A stretch of 64,000 nucleotides of DNA from Candidatus Omnitrophota bacterium (GTDB lineage: Bacteria; Omnitrophota; Omnitrophia; Omnitrophales; Aquincolibacteriaceae). Where the stretch lies: the NCBI GenBank assembly GCA_903856085.1, contig CAIOAT010000003.1:173-64172 (forward strand), in the 5' to 3' direction. Position 1 is the stretch's first letter. Each line of letters opens with the position of its first letter. The notes beneath the pieces are model-generated. The model had not been told where the DNA came from and searched no databases. It saw only the letters and a program-made list of their open reading frames with translations. The translations under genes were made by a program, and so were the position numbers. This document shows positions 19,632 to 30,098 of the stretch, in pieces.

Positions 19632-20825
19632 ATGTTTAAACCGTTTACGGTCGAACCGACGGGACGTCTCCAAAAATTGCCGCCTTATCTTTTTGCGGAG
19701 ATCGACAAGAAAAAGCGCGAGCTCATCGCCAAGGGGAAGGATGTGATCGATCTTGGAGTTGGCGACCCGGATATCCCGACGGCGGATTTCATCATTGAGG
19801 CCCTGAACGCCGCGTCCAGGAATCCGCGAAATCATCGCTATGCCCTCGACCAGGGGATGCCTGAATTCCGTCATGCGATCCGCGACTGGTTCCAGCACCG
19901 CTTTGGCGTAAAGCTCGATCCAGATAAAGAAATTCTCCCCCTTATCGGTTCCAAAGAAGGTATCGGGCATTTGCCGCTGGCGGTGCTGAATCCAGGCCAG
20001 ACCTGTTTGATCCCGGATCCGGGTTATCCGGTCTACCGTTCCGGGACGCTTTTTGCGGAGGGTATTCCCTATGCGATGCCGCTTCTTGAAAAGAACCATT
20101 ATCTTCCGGATTTCGACGTGATCCCGGCGGATGTACTGAAGAACGCCAAGCTCATGTTCCTTAACTATCCGAACAATCCGACCTCGCAGGTCGCAGACAA
20201 GGCTTTTTTTGAAAAGGCCGTGGCGTTTGCGCATAAGCACGGCATTTTGATCGCGCATGACGCGGCCTATTCGGAGATGTGCTATGAGGGTTTGAAGTCC
20301 CCGAGCATTCTGGAGATCCCCGGAGCCAAAGAGATCGCGGTGGAGCTTTTCTCACTTTCAAAAACTTATAGCATGACTGGCTGGCGCGTGGGCTTCGCAG
20401 TCGGGAACGCTCAAGTCTTGGCACTTCTTGCGAAGGTGAAGTCAAACCTGGATTCCGGTATTTTTCAGGCGATTCAGATCGCAGGGATCAACGCGCTTCA
20501 GACTGGGCAAAAGGAGTTGGAAAAGAACCTCAAGATCTATCAGGAACGCCGGGATCTTTTGGTGCAAGGGTTCCGGGACCTTGGATGGAAGATCGAAGCG
20601 CCGAAAGCGACTTTTTACGTCTGGATCCAAGTTCCGCCGGGATATACCTCCTCGGAATTGGCGCTGAAATTTTTGGACGAATTGAATATCGTCGTGACTC
20701 CTGGGAACGGTTTCGGGCCGAACGGGGAAGGGTATTTTAGGATCTCGCTTACCGTGGCGGAGTCGCGGATCATGGAAGCCCTCGATCGTATCAAGAAAAG
20801 CCATCCGCATCATTCCAAGCTTTAA
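19632..20825 (+). CDS. dapL: LL-diaminopimelate aminotransferase-like class I aminotransferase
   Basis: LPPYLFAEID…GKDVIDLGVGDPD, FLNYPNNPT, PLP-lysine motif SLSKTYSMTGWRVGF. Confidence 0.6.
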   Translation: MFKPFTVEPTGRLQKLPPYLFAEIDKKKRELIAKGKDVIDLGVGDPDIPTADFIIEALNAASRNPRNHRYALDQGMPEFRHAIRDWFQHRFGVKLDPDKEILPLIGSKEGIGHLPLAVLNPGQTCLIPDPGYPVYRSGTLFAEGIPYAMPLLEKNHYLPDFDVIPADVLKNAKLMFLNYPNNPTSQVADKAFFEKAVAFAHKHGILIAHDAAYSEMCYEGLKSPSILEIPGAKEIAVELFSLSKTYSMTGWRVGFAVGNAQVLALLAKVKSNLDSGIFQAIQIAGINALQTGQKELEKNLKIYQERRDLLVQGFRDLGWKIEAPKATFYVWIQVPPGYTSSELALKFLDELNIVVTPGNGFGPNGEGYFRISLTVAESRIMEALDRIKKSHPHHSKL

Positions 20826-20841
20826 GACAGGCTTTTCCATT

Positions 20842-21390
20842 ATGCCCAAAGTCTTTGTCGGGGTCGGGTCCAATCTTGGGGACCGTGCGAGTTATCTCGA
20901 ATTCGCTCAAAAGGAACTTCTCTCGTGCGGCGTCACAGTCGCCGAATATTCTCCTGTCTATGAAACGGAGCCGGTGGAGGCTGAAGGCGGTCCCTTTCTG
21001 AATGCTGTTTGGAGTTTTGACACACAGCTTGCGGCACCAGTTCTTCTTGAAAAACTTCAACAGATTGAAGCTAAGGCAAATCGTCAGCGAAATAAGCTTC
21101 ACGAAGCACGGACGCTGGATCTCGATATCCTTTTCTACGGGGATCAGGTGATCCATGAGCCCGGATTCGTCGTACCGCACCCGAAGCTCCATGAACGGGC
21201 CTTCGTGCTCGTTCCGTTCTGTGATCTTGCTCCCGAATGGATGCATCCAGTCCTTGGAAGAACCATGAAACAGCTGCTCGAAGAACTTCATAGCCCGCAC
21301 GGAGTACGGCGTATCCCTCGGGGTTGCGTTGCTGAGGCGTACAGTGCAAAGCAATCTCCGAACACCATACCCCGTTGGCAGGACTCATGA
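20842..21390 (+). CDS. folK: 2-amino-4-hydroxy-6-hydroxymethyldihydropteridine pyrophosphokinase (HPPK)
   Basis: MPKVFVGVGSNLGDR…YETEPV…RTLDLDILFYG…PHP signature. Confidence 0.85.
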   Translation: MPKVFVGVGSNLGDRASYLEFAQKELLSCGVTVAEYSPVYETEPVEAEGGPFLNAVWSFDTQLAAPVLLEKLQQIEAKANRQRNKLHEARTLDLDILFYGDQVIHEPGFVVPHPKLHERAFVLVPFCDLAPEWMHPVLGRTMKQLLEELHSPHGVRRIPRGCVAEAYSAKQSPNTIPRWQDS

Positions 21391-22244
21391 TGAAACTCGT
21401 TCGGGATCCTGAAAAGCTTCAAAGAATGCTCCGGGAAGAACGTGCTCGTGGGAAATCCGTGGGTTTCGTTCCGACAATGGGCGCTTTGCATGAAGGACAT
21501 TTGTCGCTTGTGCGTGCCTCAAACCGCGAGAACGATATCACGATCGTGAGTATCTTCGTCAATCCCACGCAATTCGGGCCGAAAGAAGATCTCGCCAGGT
21601 ATCCTCGACCCACTCGCAGGGATCTCGACTTTCTCCGTGCGGCAAAAGTTGATTTTGTGTTCATGCCCTCTGTGGAAGCGATGTATCCTAAAGGACTGGC
21701 GGAACCTTTGAAGCTCAAAAACGCAAAGTGGCCGCGGCTTGCCAAAGGGCTTTGCGGGAAATTCAGGCCCGGGCATTTTTGCGGTGTGGCAACTGTCGTG
21801 ACGAAGCTCCTGAACATCACGGGGCTTTGCCGGCTCTATCTCGGTGCCAAGGATTTGCAGCAAGCTGCCGTTATCAGCCAACTCGTGCGTGATCTGGATA
21901 CAGATATCCAAGTGCGTGTAATGCCGACGGTGAGGGAGAAGGACGGACTTGCCATGAGTTCTCGGAACCGTTTTCTCAGTACGGATGAGCGGCGCCGCGC
22001 GCTTGCGATCTCGCGAATACTTTTCGGATTGAAACGCGAACTGCTGAGGAAGAGGTCTGTCGCCACTTTGAGGCTTCGAGCAATTCAGGAATTGAAGAAA
22101 AGCGTCGATCGGGTTCAGTATTTTGAGATCGTGGACCCTGGAACGCTTGTGCCGGTTAAAAAGCATCAAAAGAAAATGGCGGTAGCGACGGCCTGTTTTG
22201 TCGGCAAGACAAGGCTCATTGATAATGTTATAATTCGCGCCTAG
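21387..22244 (+). CDS. panC: Pantoate--beta-alanine ligase
   Basis: …VGFVPTMGALHEGHLSLV…, with HIGH-like and KMSKS-like regions. ATG overlaps the folK stop (ATGA). Confidence 0.9.
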   Translation: MMKLVRDPEKLQRMLREERARGKSVGFVPTMGALHEGHLSLVRASNRENDITIVSIFVNPTQFGPKEDLARYPRPTRRDLDFLRAAKVDFVFMPSVEAMYPKGLAEPLKLKNAKWPRLAKGLCGKFRPGHFCGVATVVTKLLNITGLCRLYLGAKDLQQAAVISQLVRDLDTDIQVRVMPTVREKDGLAMSSRNRFLSTDERRRALAISRILFGLKRELLRKRSVATLRLRAIQELKKSVDRVQYFEIVDPGTLVPVKKHQKKMAVATACFVGKTRLIDNVIIRA

Positions 22245-22281
22245 TACGGTGTTAGTACGGATTCTGAGAATTTGAACTCCT

Positions 22282-22320
22282 GGACCGTAACCCTACGAAA
22301 ACAAATAAAAACGGTGCCAG
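22282..22320. repeat. Intergenic repeat, D-type copy
   Basis: ggaccgtaaccctacgaaaacaaataaaaacggtgccag between panC and panD. Aligns to 16703..16742. Confidence 0.4.
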
Positions 22321-22365
22321 CGGACTACTGAAAACTGATCGCTGAAATCTAAAGATAGAGGATTT

Positions 22366-22725
22366 ATGCAGAAACAAATGTTGGGTGGAAAGATCCACCG
22401 CGTGACCGTGACCGAAGCGTGTATCGATTACCCCGGCAGTATCACGATCGACAAAAAACTCATGAAGAGGGCGGATATTTTTCCTCATGAGAAAGTCCTG
22501 ATCGCGAATCTCACCAATGGTTCTCGTATTGAAAGCTATGCCATTCCGGGTCCCGCGGGATCCGGTGTGATTTGCCTGAACGGTGGTGCGGCCAAGCACG
22601 GGAAAGCGGGCGATATTGTCATCATTCTGACCTTTGTGGTGCTCACGGCCGCGGAAGCCAAAAAGCACAGACCCAAGGTCGTTTATGTTGATTCCAAGAA
22701 CCGCATCGTAAAGAAGGGGAAATGA
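22366..22725 (+). CDS. panD: Aspartate 1-decarboxylase
   Basis: M.K.MLGGKIHRVTVT…YPGSITID… Pyruvoyl-dependent PanD signature; the GS cleavage site is present. Confidence 0.9.
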   Translation: MQKQMLGGKIHRVTVTEACIDYPGSITIDKKLMKRADIFPHEKVLIANLTNGSRIESYAIPGPAGSGVICLNGGAAKHGKAGDIVIILTFVVLTAAEAKKHRPKVVYVDSKNRIVKKGK

Positions 22726-23537
22726 AAAAAAAGATCAGGGTCGGGATCATCGGTGGGGGGACGATCGGAACGGCGCTTGCACAAGCCGTGGTGACAGACT
22801 TGAAGGCTTTTGCGCAGCTTAAGTTCCTGTGTGAAAAGCACAAGGAAAAGGCGGCTGCGCTTCAGGAAAAGTACAAATTTTTTGCCCGTCTGGTTCCGCT
22901 GACCGAACTGGTTCGCCGTTCAGATTTGATCATCGAGGCCGCATCCCCCAAGGTTGCGGCGCAGGTCGTGAGGCTTGCGTGCGAATGGAATAAAAAGGTT
23001 CTGATCATGAGTGTGGGAGGATTGCTCCAGCCGCAAGTGGTCGAACTTCTCAAAAAGAATCGGTCCCGGATCTTTTGCCCCTCCGGGGCGATTACGGGCG
23101 TGGACGGCGTTCTGGCCGCGGCGAACGGGAAGATCCGGAAGGTTCGGTTGATCACGCGCAAACCTCCCGAGGCGTTGATGGGCGCGGCATATTTTCTCAA
23201 GAAAAGATTCCCAGTTCTCAAGACTTTTTCTGAGGAGAAGCGTATCTTCCGCGGAGCGGCGATCGAAGCCATCGAGCATTTCCCGCAGAACATCAATGTT
23301 GCTGCGGTTCTGAGCCTCGCGGGGATCGGTCCCGAGCGCACGCAGGTGGAGATCTGGACCTCTCGCTCCTACAAAGGGAACCGACATGAGATCTTGGTAG
23401 AAGGGGATTTCGGTATGTTTACTACCGTTACGCAGAACAAACCGGCGCCTGGAAATCCCAAGACGAGCTATCTGGCCATTCTCTCCGCGATCGCCACGCT
23501 CAAAAAAGCCTTCGCTTCTGTCCGCGTCGGGACCTGA
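22722..23537 (+). CDS. nadX: L-aspartate dehydrogenase (NadX family)
   Basis: N-terminal Rossmann fold (IGGGTIGTA) plus a DUF108-type C-terminus (…[15 protein letters not shown]…[14 protein letters not shown]…), similar to Thermotoga NadX. ATGA overlap with panD. Confidence 0.7.
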   Translation: MKKKIRVGIIGGGTIGTALAQAVVTDLKAFAQLKFLCEKHKEKAAALQEKYKFFARLVPLTELVRRSDLIIEAASPKVAAQVVRLACEWNKKVLIMSVGGLLQPQVVELLKKNRSRIFCPSGAITGVDGVLAAANGKIRKVRLITRKPPEALMGAAYFLKKRFPVLKTFSEEKRIFRGAAIEAIEHFPQNINVAAVLSLAGIGPERTQVEIWTSRSYKGNRHEILVEGDFGMFTTVTQNKPAPGNPKTSYLAILSAIATLKKAFASVRVGT

Positions 23538-23565
23538 ACGGGCCGGTTTGTAAGGAATCCCTCGC

Positions 23566-26433
23566 ATGGACGAATTCATTGAAGTTCGCGGGGCACGGGA
23601 ACACAATCTCAAGAATTTATCGCTCAAGATTCCTCGTAACAAGGTCACGGTCATTACCGGTCTTTCCGGTTCCGGAAAATCCTCGCTTGCGTTCGATACG
23701 ATCTACGCCGAAGGCCAGCGCCGTTATCTCGAAAGTCTTTCTTCTTACGCCAAGCAATTTCTCGAAAAACTCAAGAAGCCTGACGTGGATCATATCTCCG
23801 GGCTTTCTCCGGCCATTGCGATCGAACAGCGCTCCGTTACGCATAATCCGCGCTCGACCGTCGCCACCGTAACCGAAATTTATGATTATCTGAGGCTTCT
23901 TTTTGCCAAGGTCGGGATTCCTTATTGTCCCTCGTGTCATGAACCGCTTCAGAGTCAGACCCGTGAGGACCTTTTGAAGGATCTTCTTTCGCGTTTTGCG
24001 GGACGTGAAGTGCAGATCCTGGCGCCGCTTGCACGAGGACGTAAGGGGGAATTCCAGAAACTTTTCCAAGATGCCCTAAAAAAGGGTTTTGACCGGGCGC
24101 GTATCGACGGGAGTGTGAGGCTCATCAAGCAGGATATGAAGCTCCGGAAATCCGTGCGCCACGACATTGAGATCGTAATCGACGAACTAACACCTCTTCG
24201 GAGTGAGGACAAGCCCCATTCCCCGTCAAAGGATTCAAGGGTTAATGGAGCTAGCCCTAATCCTTTGTCAGAAGAAAATAGATGCCAGGACAAACGTTTT
24301 AGGAATTCCTTTATCTGCGCATTGGATTTCACCAAAGGACATGTTGCGATCCTGGAAAAGGAGGGGGTCGGCGAGGGGAAGCTTCATTTTTTTTCCACGA
24401 CCAAAACCTGCGCCAAGTGTCAGATCAGTTTGCCGGATCTTACGCCCAACATGTTCTCCTTCAACAGCCCTTACGGAGCCTGTCCGAAATGCAAAGGGCT
24501 CGGGAAGCTTTCGCAGATCTTCGTGAAGGGTGTGATCTCCTTCCCGCAGAAACCGCTTATGAGCGCGCTCAATAAAGACGTTTTTTTCTCGTTCAATAAA
24601 TATTTTTTCGAGGATCTCTTGCATGACCTCACGGAGAAATATAACTTTGAATGGGATACGCCGTATCGGGATTGGCCGGAAGACGCTCAAGAAGTCTTCT
24701 TTCTTGGAGATGGGGATATTTCCGGGCTTGTGGAAGAATGGGAACGACTTTTCCACGAGACGAATTCTGAGGAGGTGCGCGCGAAAGTCCGGAAATTTTT
24801 GCGCGAGGAGATCTGTCCGGAATGCGCAGGCAAACGGCTCCGAAAAGAAAGCCTCGGCGTCCTTATTCAGGGAAAAAATATCGCCGAGGTCACGGCTTTA
24901 CCCGTCGATGAAGCGGTGCCGTTTTTTCGGAGTCTGCGTTTTCAAAACACGCAGGAAGTGATCGCCGAACCCATTCTCAGGGAGGTCCGCGAACGGCTTT
25001 CGTTCCTACTTAATATCGGACTGGGGTATCTCGCGCTCGATCGCACCGTTGCGACTTTAGCCGGAGGGGAACTCCAGCGCATCCGGCTTGCGGCCCAGAT
25101 CGGACTTGGACTGACCGGCGTGCTCTATGTTTTGGATGAACCGAGCATCGGTCTGCATCCGCGTGATAACGGGAAGCTTTTGGACGCGCTTGAAAAACTT
25201 CGTGATCTCAAGAATACGGTGCTTGTGGTGGAACACGACGAGGAGACGATCCGGCGGGCCGATCATGTGATCGATCTTGGACCGGGGGCAGGCATCGAGG
25301 GCGGAGAGATTGTGGCGCAGGGAAAACTTGCCGAGATGAAGGATTGTCCCAAGTCGCTGACGCTCAAGTATCTTTCCGGCGAGCTTTCGATCGAGGTGCC
25401 CCGAGAGCGCAAGGACGGTCGTAAGGCCCCGAAACTGATTGTGAAAGGATGCCGTGAACATAATCTGAAAAATATCGATGTGGTCTTTCCCCTCGGGCTC
25501 TTTATTTGCGTGACCGGCGTCTCAGGTTCCGGTAAGAGTACGCTTGTTCACGATATTCTATACAAGGAAATCCATAACCGGATCTGGAAGACGCAATACA
25601 AGGTGGGTGCATTCGGGACACTCGAGGGAGCGGACCGGATCGATAAAATGATCGAGATCGACCAGGCGCCGATCGGCCGCACGCCGCGTTCCAACCCCGC
25701 AACCTACACGGATATTTTTGGTTTTATCCGGAAGCTTTATAGCGATATGGAGCTTTCCAAGCTCCGTCGTTATTCCCAGTCACGGTTCAGTTTTAATCTC
25801 AAAGGCGGGCGCTGCGAGAATTGCCGGGGAGCGGGATCGGAGAAACTCGAGATGAGTTTTATGCCGGACCTTTTTGTGGTTTGTGAATCTTGTCGCGGAA
25901 AGCGTTATAACGAGCCAACGCTCGAGGTTCGCTATCAAGGCAAGAACATTGCGGAGGTGTTGGACCTTTCGGTCCGCGAGGCGATCGGATTTTTTGCGAG
26001 GCTCTCCATGATCCGTGAGCGGTTGGAGGTTCTCGAAGCGGTCGGGCTGGGTTATCTGAAACTCGGACAATCGTCCACCACACTTTCAGGCGGGGAGGCC
26101 CAGAGAATCAAGATCGCTGCCGAGCTCATCAAGAAGGCGACGGGGAAAACGCTTTATCTTCTGGATGAACCCACGACCGGCCTTCACTTTGGGGATATCC
26201 AGCATCTTCTTAAGGCACTCTTTGATCTCCGGAGTCAGGGCAACACGGTCGTGGTAATCGAGCACAATCTGGATGTCATCAAGATGGCAGATTACGTGAT
26301 CGATCTGGGGCCTGAGGGCGGGAAGGAGGGGGGGCGTATTGTGGCCTGTGGCTCTCCAGAAGAGGTCGCCGGAGTTTCAAGCTCCTATACAGGGCGGTTT
26401 CTTCGCAAGGTTCTTGGAATAGAGGTCGGATGA
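23566..26433 (+). CDS. uvrA: Excinuclease ABC subunit A
   Basis: Two ABC ATPase modules ([14 protein letters not shown]…; [11 protein letters not shown]…), zinc fingers, and LSGGEAQR signature motifs. Confidence 0.95.
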   Translation: MDEFIEVRGAREHNLKNLSLKIPRNKVTVITGLSGSGKSSLAFDTIYAEGQRRYLESLSSYAKQFLEKLKKPDVDHISGLSPAIAIEQRSVTHNPRSTVATVTEIYDYLRLLFAKVGIPYCPSCHEPLQSQTREDLLKDLLSRFAGREVQILAPLARGRKGEFQKLFQDALKKGFDRARIDGSVRLIKQDMKLRKSVRHDIEIVIDELTPLRSEDKPHSPSKDSRVNGASPNPLSEENRCQDKRFRNSFICALDFTKGHVAILEKEGVGEGKLHFFSTTKTCAKCQISLPDLTPNMFSFNSPYGACPKCKGLGKLSQIFVKGVISFPQKPLMSALNKDVFFSFNKYFFEDLLHDLTEKYNFEWDTPYRDWPEDAQEVFFLGDGDISGLVEEWERLFHETNSEEVRAKVRKFLREEICPECAGKRLRKESLGVLIQGKNIAEVTALPVDEAVPFFRSLRFQNTQEVIAEPILREVRERLSFLLNIGLGYLALDRTVATLAGGELQRIRLAAQIGLGLTGVLYVLDEPSIGLHPRDNGKLLDALEKLRDLKNTVLVVEHDEETIRRADHVIDLGPGAGIEGGEIVAQGKLAEMKDCPKSLTLKYLSGELSIEVPRERKDGRKAPKLIVKGCREHNLKNIDVVFPLGLFICVTGVSGSGKSTLVHDILYKEIHNRIWKTQYKVGAFGTLEGADRIDKMIEIDQAPIGRTPRSNPATYTDIFGFIRKLYSDMELSKLRRYSQSRFSFNLKGGRCENCRGAGSEKLEMSFMPDLFVVCESCRGKRYNEPTLEVRYQGKNIAEVLDLSVREAIGFFARLSMIRERLEVLEAVGLGYLKLGQSSTTLSGGEAQRIKIAAELIKKATGKTLYLLDEPTTGLHFGDIQHLLKALFDLRSQGNTVVVIEHNLDVIKMADYVIDLGPEGGKEGGRIVACGSPEEVAGVSSSYTGRFLRKVLGIEVG

Positions 26434-26545
26434 ATGTTCGCGTTCGTTCAAAGGGAAAATAATAAAGTTCTTTTAAATGAAATCGTTCCTTGTTATATTA
26501 TGCATGTTCGTTTGATGTAAATTCTGTTTCAAAAGGAGCTCCCCC

Positions 26546-26749
26546 ATGATCATGGAAATCGGAATTGTTGCCGGAGAGATTTGGCATTTTCTTGATGATA
26601 AGAAAAGCGCCACCGCGGATGAACTTACCAAAGGATTAAAACGCCCTCGCGAACTCGTGATGATGAGCCTCGGTTGGCTTGCTCGTGAAGGTCACGTCAC
26701 CTTGGGGACTCCTGAAAGCGGTTACTCGGCGACGCTCAATCGAAAATAA
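26546..26749 (+). CDS. Hypothetical small winged-helix-like protein (67 aa)
   Basis: Good RBS (AAAAGGAG). The short helical protein …ATADELTKGLKRPRELVMMSLGWLAREGHV… resembles a wHTH DNA-binding fold. Confidence 0.4.
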   Translation: MIMEIGIVAGEIWHFLDDKKSATADELTKGLKRPRELVMMSLGWLAREGHVTLGTPESGYSATLNRK

Positions 26750-26758
26750 TCAACACGC

Positions 26759-27070
26759 GTGAAGTATTGCTGCGTTCTTAGCACCGTTCCCGATATTAAA
26801 AAGGCCCGCCAGTTGGCGGGCCTTTTAGTTTCCAGAAGGCTTGCGGCATGCGTTCAGATCCTTCCCGGTCTCGAATCCCATTACCGGTGGCGCGGCAAAA
26901 AAGAAACCTCCCGGGAAGTTCTCCTTCTTATTAAGACCAAAATCTCTGTCTATAAAAAGCTCGAGAAAGTCGTCCTTCAGAATCATCCCTATGAAGTCCC
27001 CGAAGTCATCTGCCTGCCCATTGCCAAGGGTAGTAAGGCTTATTTAGATTGGCTGGGCGAAGAGGTCTGA
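26759..27070 (+). CDS. cutA: Divalent-cation tolerance protein CutA
   Basis: …LAACVQILPGLESHYRWRGK…LLLIKT…HPYEVPEVICLPI..G…YLDWL is a CutA1 signature. Confidence 0.8.
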   Translation: MKYCCVLSTVPDIKKARQLAGLLVSRRLAACVQILPGLESHYRWRGKKETSREVLLLIKTKISVYKKLEKVVLQNHPYEVPEVICLPIAKGSKAYLDWLGEEV

Positions 27071-27115
27071 TATGTCCATGGGCGTTCGGTTTCAATCTCG
27101 GCCAGGTAACTTTTA

Positions 27116-29353
27116 ATGACACGAAAAAATAAAAATTCTCAAACCATAGTTGCGTCAAAGGCTACGGTAGCGGATCGACCGATAGCTTTTTCCTGGACAC
27201 GAACTGCGCTCATCTTGGGGTGCGTTCTTATCTTGGGGCTTGTGATCTATTCGAATACGTGGAAAGTTCCTTTCGTGTTCGATGACAATCCGATCATTGA
27301 GGAGAACACGTCGCTCCGAGATCTTACCCTCACGACCCTTCCCAAAATCTGGATTCTCAACGTGAAAACAAGGTTTTTGCCTTTTCTTTCACTTGCCGTG
27401 AATTGGGCATTGGGAGGGAAGCAGGTGACGGGCTATCACATTTTTAATTTCAGCGTGCATATGCTGAACGCGACCCTTGTCTTTTTTTTGATGTCTCTCA
27501 TTCTGGTGACGCCCAAGATGCGCGGGATTTATTCGCAGAAGGCGGCCCTTTATCTGGCCACCTTTAGTGCCCTAATCTTTATGGCCCATCCTCTCCAGAC
27601 ACAGGCTGTGACCTATATTGTCCAGCGCATGACTTCCATGGCCGCTTTTTTTTATCTTGGAGCGATTGTTTTATATCTTAAGGCGCGTTTCGGATCGGGA
27701 GGTTTGTACTATGGGGCGGCGCTCGGAATGGCTGTTGGGGCGATGTTCTGCAAAGAGAACGCAGCCACCCTGCCTTTTGCAATTCTCATGGTCGAATTCA
27801 TTTTTTTTGATCAAAAGGATGGAAAAGTAAAAACCCTTATACGGTTGGTTCCTTTTTTCGCAACGTTGATCATCATCCCTTATTTTGTTCATTCAGATAT
27901 TGCGTACCAAGGTTTTAATCAGCACGGGCTTATCCCGCTCGAAACGAAGGCCCTTCCTCGCGGAAAGTATTTTTTGACGCAGCTAAATGTCCTGGGCACT
28001 TACTTGCGCTTATTCCTTTTTCCGGTGAATCAGAATCTGGACTATGACTATCCGGTGGCCCATTCCCTCACGGAACTTAAGACGTTCGCGTCCGCTCTCA
28101 TGCTGTTGGGGTTAGGGGGGGCCGGGGTGGTTTTCCTCAAACAGAACCGGCTTGTATCTTTTGCGATCTTCTGGTTTTTTTTGACGCTGAGCGTGGAATC
28201 AAGCATCATGCCGATTCGAGATGTGATTTTTGAGCAACGCATGTATCTGCCATTGGCGGGTATGACGGTTTTGCTAGCGATAGGGCTGCTTTATTTTTTC
28301 GAGCAGTTGTCCTATGCCGTGATTGCTTGTGTTGTCGTGACCCTTGTTTTTTCTTCCATGACTTATGCCCGGAATAATGTCTGGCGGTCGGAGGCCACGC
28401 TTTGGGAAGATGCCATCCGTAAATCGCCGGAAAAAGCCAGGCCGTATAATAATCTTGGAACGACCTACGTGGAGCGCGGGAGACATAAAGAAGCACGGGC
28501 GCTCTTCGAAAAGGCGATCCAAAAAGATCCACGCTACGCGTCAGCCTATTTTAATCTCGCGAGCTCTTGTGATGCCCTGGGAGATCTCGGAAAAGCCGAG
28601 GAGTTTTATAAGAAGAGCCTGGAGCTCGATCCGGAGTATTTATCGCCTTATAACAATCTCGGAATTATTTATGGAAACAGAGGCGAGTATCAGAAAGCAA
28701 TTGAGATATTAGAGAAAGCCCTTAAGATTTCGCCCCAATTTGTTGTCGCCTATGACAATTTGGGGGTTTATTACGATCGCATGGGGGATGTTGCAAAGGG
28801 GATAACGTATTTTGAAAAAGCTATCAAAACGAATCCCTATTTTGTGCCGGCTCTTATTCATTTGGGGCAAGTCCTCGCCCACCAGAAAGCGGGGAGGCTG
28901 GACGAGGCGGTCAACACTTTTGAAAAAGCGATCAATCTGGCGCCGAATGATCCGGAACCTGTTTTGGAGCTTGGTAAGGTTTATCTCCGGAAAGGCGAAA
29001 AAGAGAAAGTAGAGGGGCAAATCCGGAGGCTTGAGGAAATGCATTTTCCGAAGCTAGCGCAAGAATTAAAAGCTCTGCTCGCGCAGGGGCCTGAATTTCT
29101 CGACACAGGTCTGCCGATGAAGAAATTTCGTGTTGTGGGGTCGAAACTGGAGGGGACGGGGGAGATGTCCGAGGAAGACAAAGAGCTCATGAATATCCTG
29201 GAGACAGCCAAAATAGTCGAAGATGGTAGACGGATCCAGGCGATTAGGAATCTGCCCAAAGCGATCCCTCCGGTCTTCCCAGTCACAGGCTTCGGCGGGC
29301 CGGCGTTTGTAAAAGAAAAACTTCAGAAAGCCGGCGCCGAAAAAAAAGCATAG
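27116..29353 (+). CDS. Polytopic membrane protein with C-terminal TPR repeats (TMTC/PMT-like glycosyltransferase-family 39-like architecture)
   Basis: N-terminal ~400 aa with many TM helices (…TWKVPFVFDDNPII…). This is followed by ≥8 TPR units (…YNNLGTTYVERGRHKEARALFEKAIQKDP…). Confidence 0.65.
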   Translation: MTRKNKNSQTIVASKATVADRPIAFSWTRTALILGCVLILGLVIYSNTWKVPFVFDDNPIIEENTSLRDLTLTTLPKIWILNVKTRFLPFLSLAVNWALGGKQVTGYHIFNFSVHMLNATLVFFLMSLILVTPKMRGIYSQKAALYLATFSALIFMAHPLQTQAVTYIVQRMTSMAAFFYLGAIVLYLKARFGSGGLYYGAALGMAVGAMFCKENAATLPFAILMVEFIFFDQKDGKVKTLIRLVPFFATLIIIPYFVHSDIAYQGFNQHGLIPLETKALPRGKYFLTQLNVLGTYLRLFLFPVNQNLDYDYPVAHSLTELKTFASALMLLGLGGAGVVFLKQNRLVSFAIFWFFLTLSVESSIMPIRDVIFEQRMYLPLAGMTVLLAIGLLYFFEQLSYAVIACVVVTLVFSSMTYARNNVWRSEATLWEDAIRKSPEKARPYNNLGTTYVERGRHKEARALFEKAIQKDPRYASAYFNLASSCDALGDLGKAEEFYKKSLELDPEYLSPYNNLGIIYGNRGEYQKAIEILEKALKISPQFVVAYDNLGVYYDRMGDVAKGITYFEKAIKTNPYFVPALIHLGQVLAHQKAGRLDEAVNTFEKAINLAPNDPEPVLELGKVYLRKGEKEKVEGQIRRLEEMHFPKLAQELKALLAQGPEFLDTGLPMKKFRVVGSKLEGTGEMSEEDKELMNILETAKIVEDGRRIQAIRNLPKAIPPVFPVTGFGGPAFVKEKLQKAGAEKKA

Positions 29354-29397
29354 TTTTTTTAGAAGTGTTAAGGCCGCGTTCGATGGATTTGAGGGAA

Positions 29398-29952
29398 TTA
29401 GATCTTAGAAGGTGAAACGGCGATGAAGACCCTGGCGGTCTTCTGGCCATCATTGACAATCTGATGGGGGAATGAGGCGTCGAAATAGAGAGTTTCCTGC
29501 GCCTTCAGCTCATATTCTTGAGTTTCAAGCTTAACCTTGACGTGCCCATCAAGGACCCACACGAATTTCTCAACGCCGCGTTCGTTATGCTCCTTCTCCG
29601 TCTTGCCCCCGCTCTGGAGAGTTAAGAGGAGTGGAGTGATCTTCTTCTTGGAGCTTTCCTGCGTGAGCACTTCCACATGAACGTCTTTGGTGTGATGTGT
29701 GGCCGCGCGCGCTTCCTTGGCCTGATGGCTGATCTGCTCGTAACGACGATCAACCCCGGTATAGAGTTCGGAAAGCCCAATGCCGAGCGTCTCGGCGATC
29801 TTTTCATGGCTCTCGACCGTTCCGATCATGGTGCCGGTCTCGATGCGGGAAAGAGTGGCCTGAGCGATGCCGGTTTTTTGAGAGATCTCGACTAAGGTGA
29901 GGCCTTTTTCCCTGCGAAGCGTTCGGATGCGTTGCCCTAAATTTTTCAGCAT
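29398..29952 (-). CDS. XRE-family HTH transcriptional regulator with C-terminal cupin domain
   Basis: HTH_3 (RIRTLRREKGLTLVEISQKTGIAQATLSRIETG) plus a cupin β-barrel at the C-terminus. Start is taken at the MLKNL ATG (29952); the track ORF starts 2 codons upstream. Confidence 0.7.
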   Translation of the reverse strand: MLKNLGQRIRTLRREKGLTLVEISQKTGIAQATLSRIETGTMIGTVESHEKIAETLGIGLSELYTGVDRRYEQISHQAKEARAATHHTKDVHVEVLTQESSKKKITPLLLTLQSGGKTEKEHNERGVEKFVWVLDGHVKVKLETQEYELKAQETLYFDASFPHQIVNDGQKTARVFIAVSPSKI

Positions 29953-29958
29953 GACCAT

Positions 29959-29986
29959 ATTTTAACGGAAGGGCCCCATCCGTCAA
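29959..29986 (-). promoter_or_regulatory. Putative sigma70 promoter for the XRE/cupin regulator, predicting a leaderless mRNA
   Basis: On the minus strand: TTGACG (29986-81), 16 nt spacer, TAAAAT (29964-59). The predicted TSS is about 7 nt downstream, at the A of the MLKNL ATG. Confidence 0.3.
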
Positions 29987-30098
29987 GTGTAATATAACAA
30001 TAATGAATAAAAAAGCTATATCAAAAATGAAATATAATATTGACATAAAATCATATTTATGTTACGCTCCTGTCAACGTCAAACAAGGAGGTGTCAAC

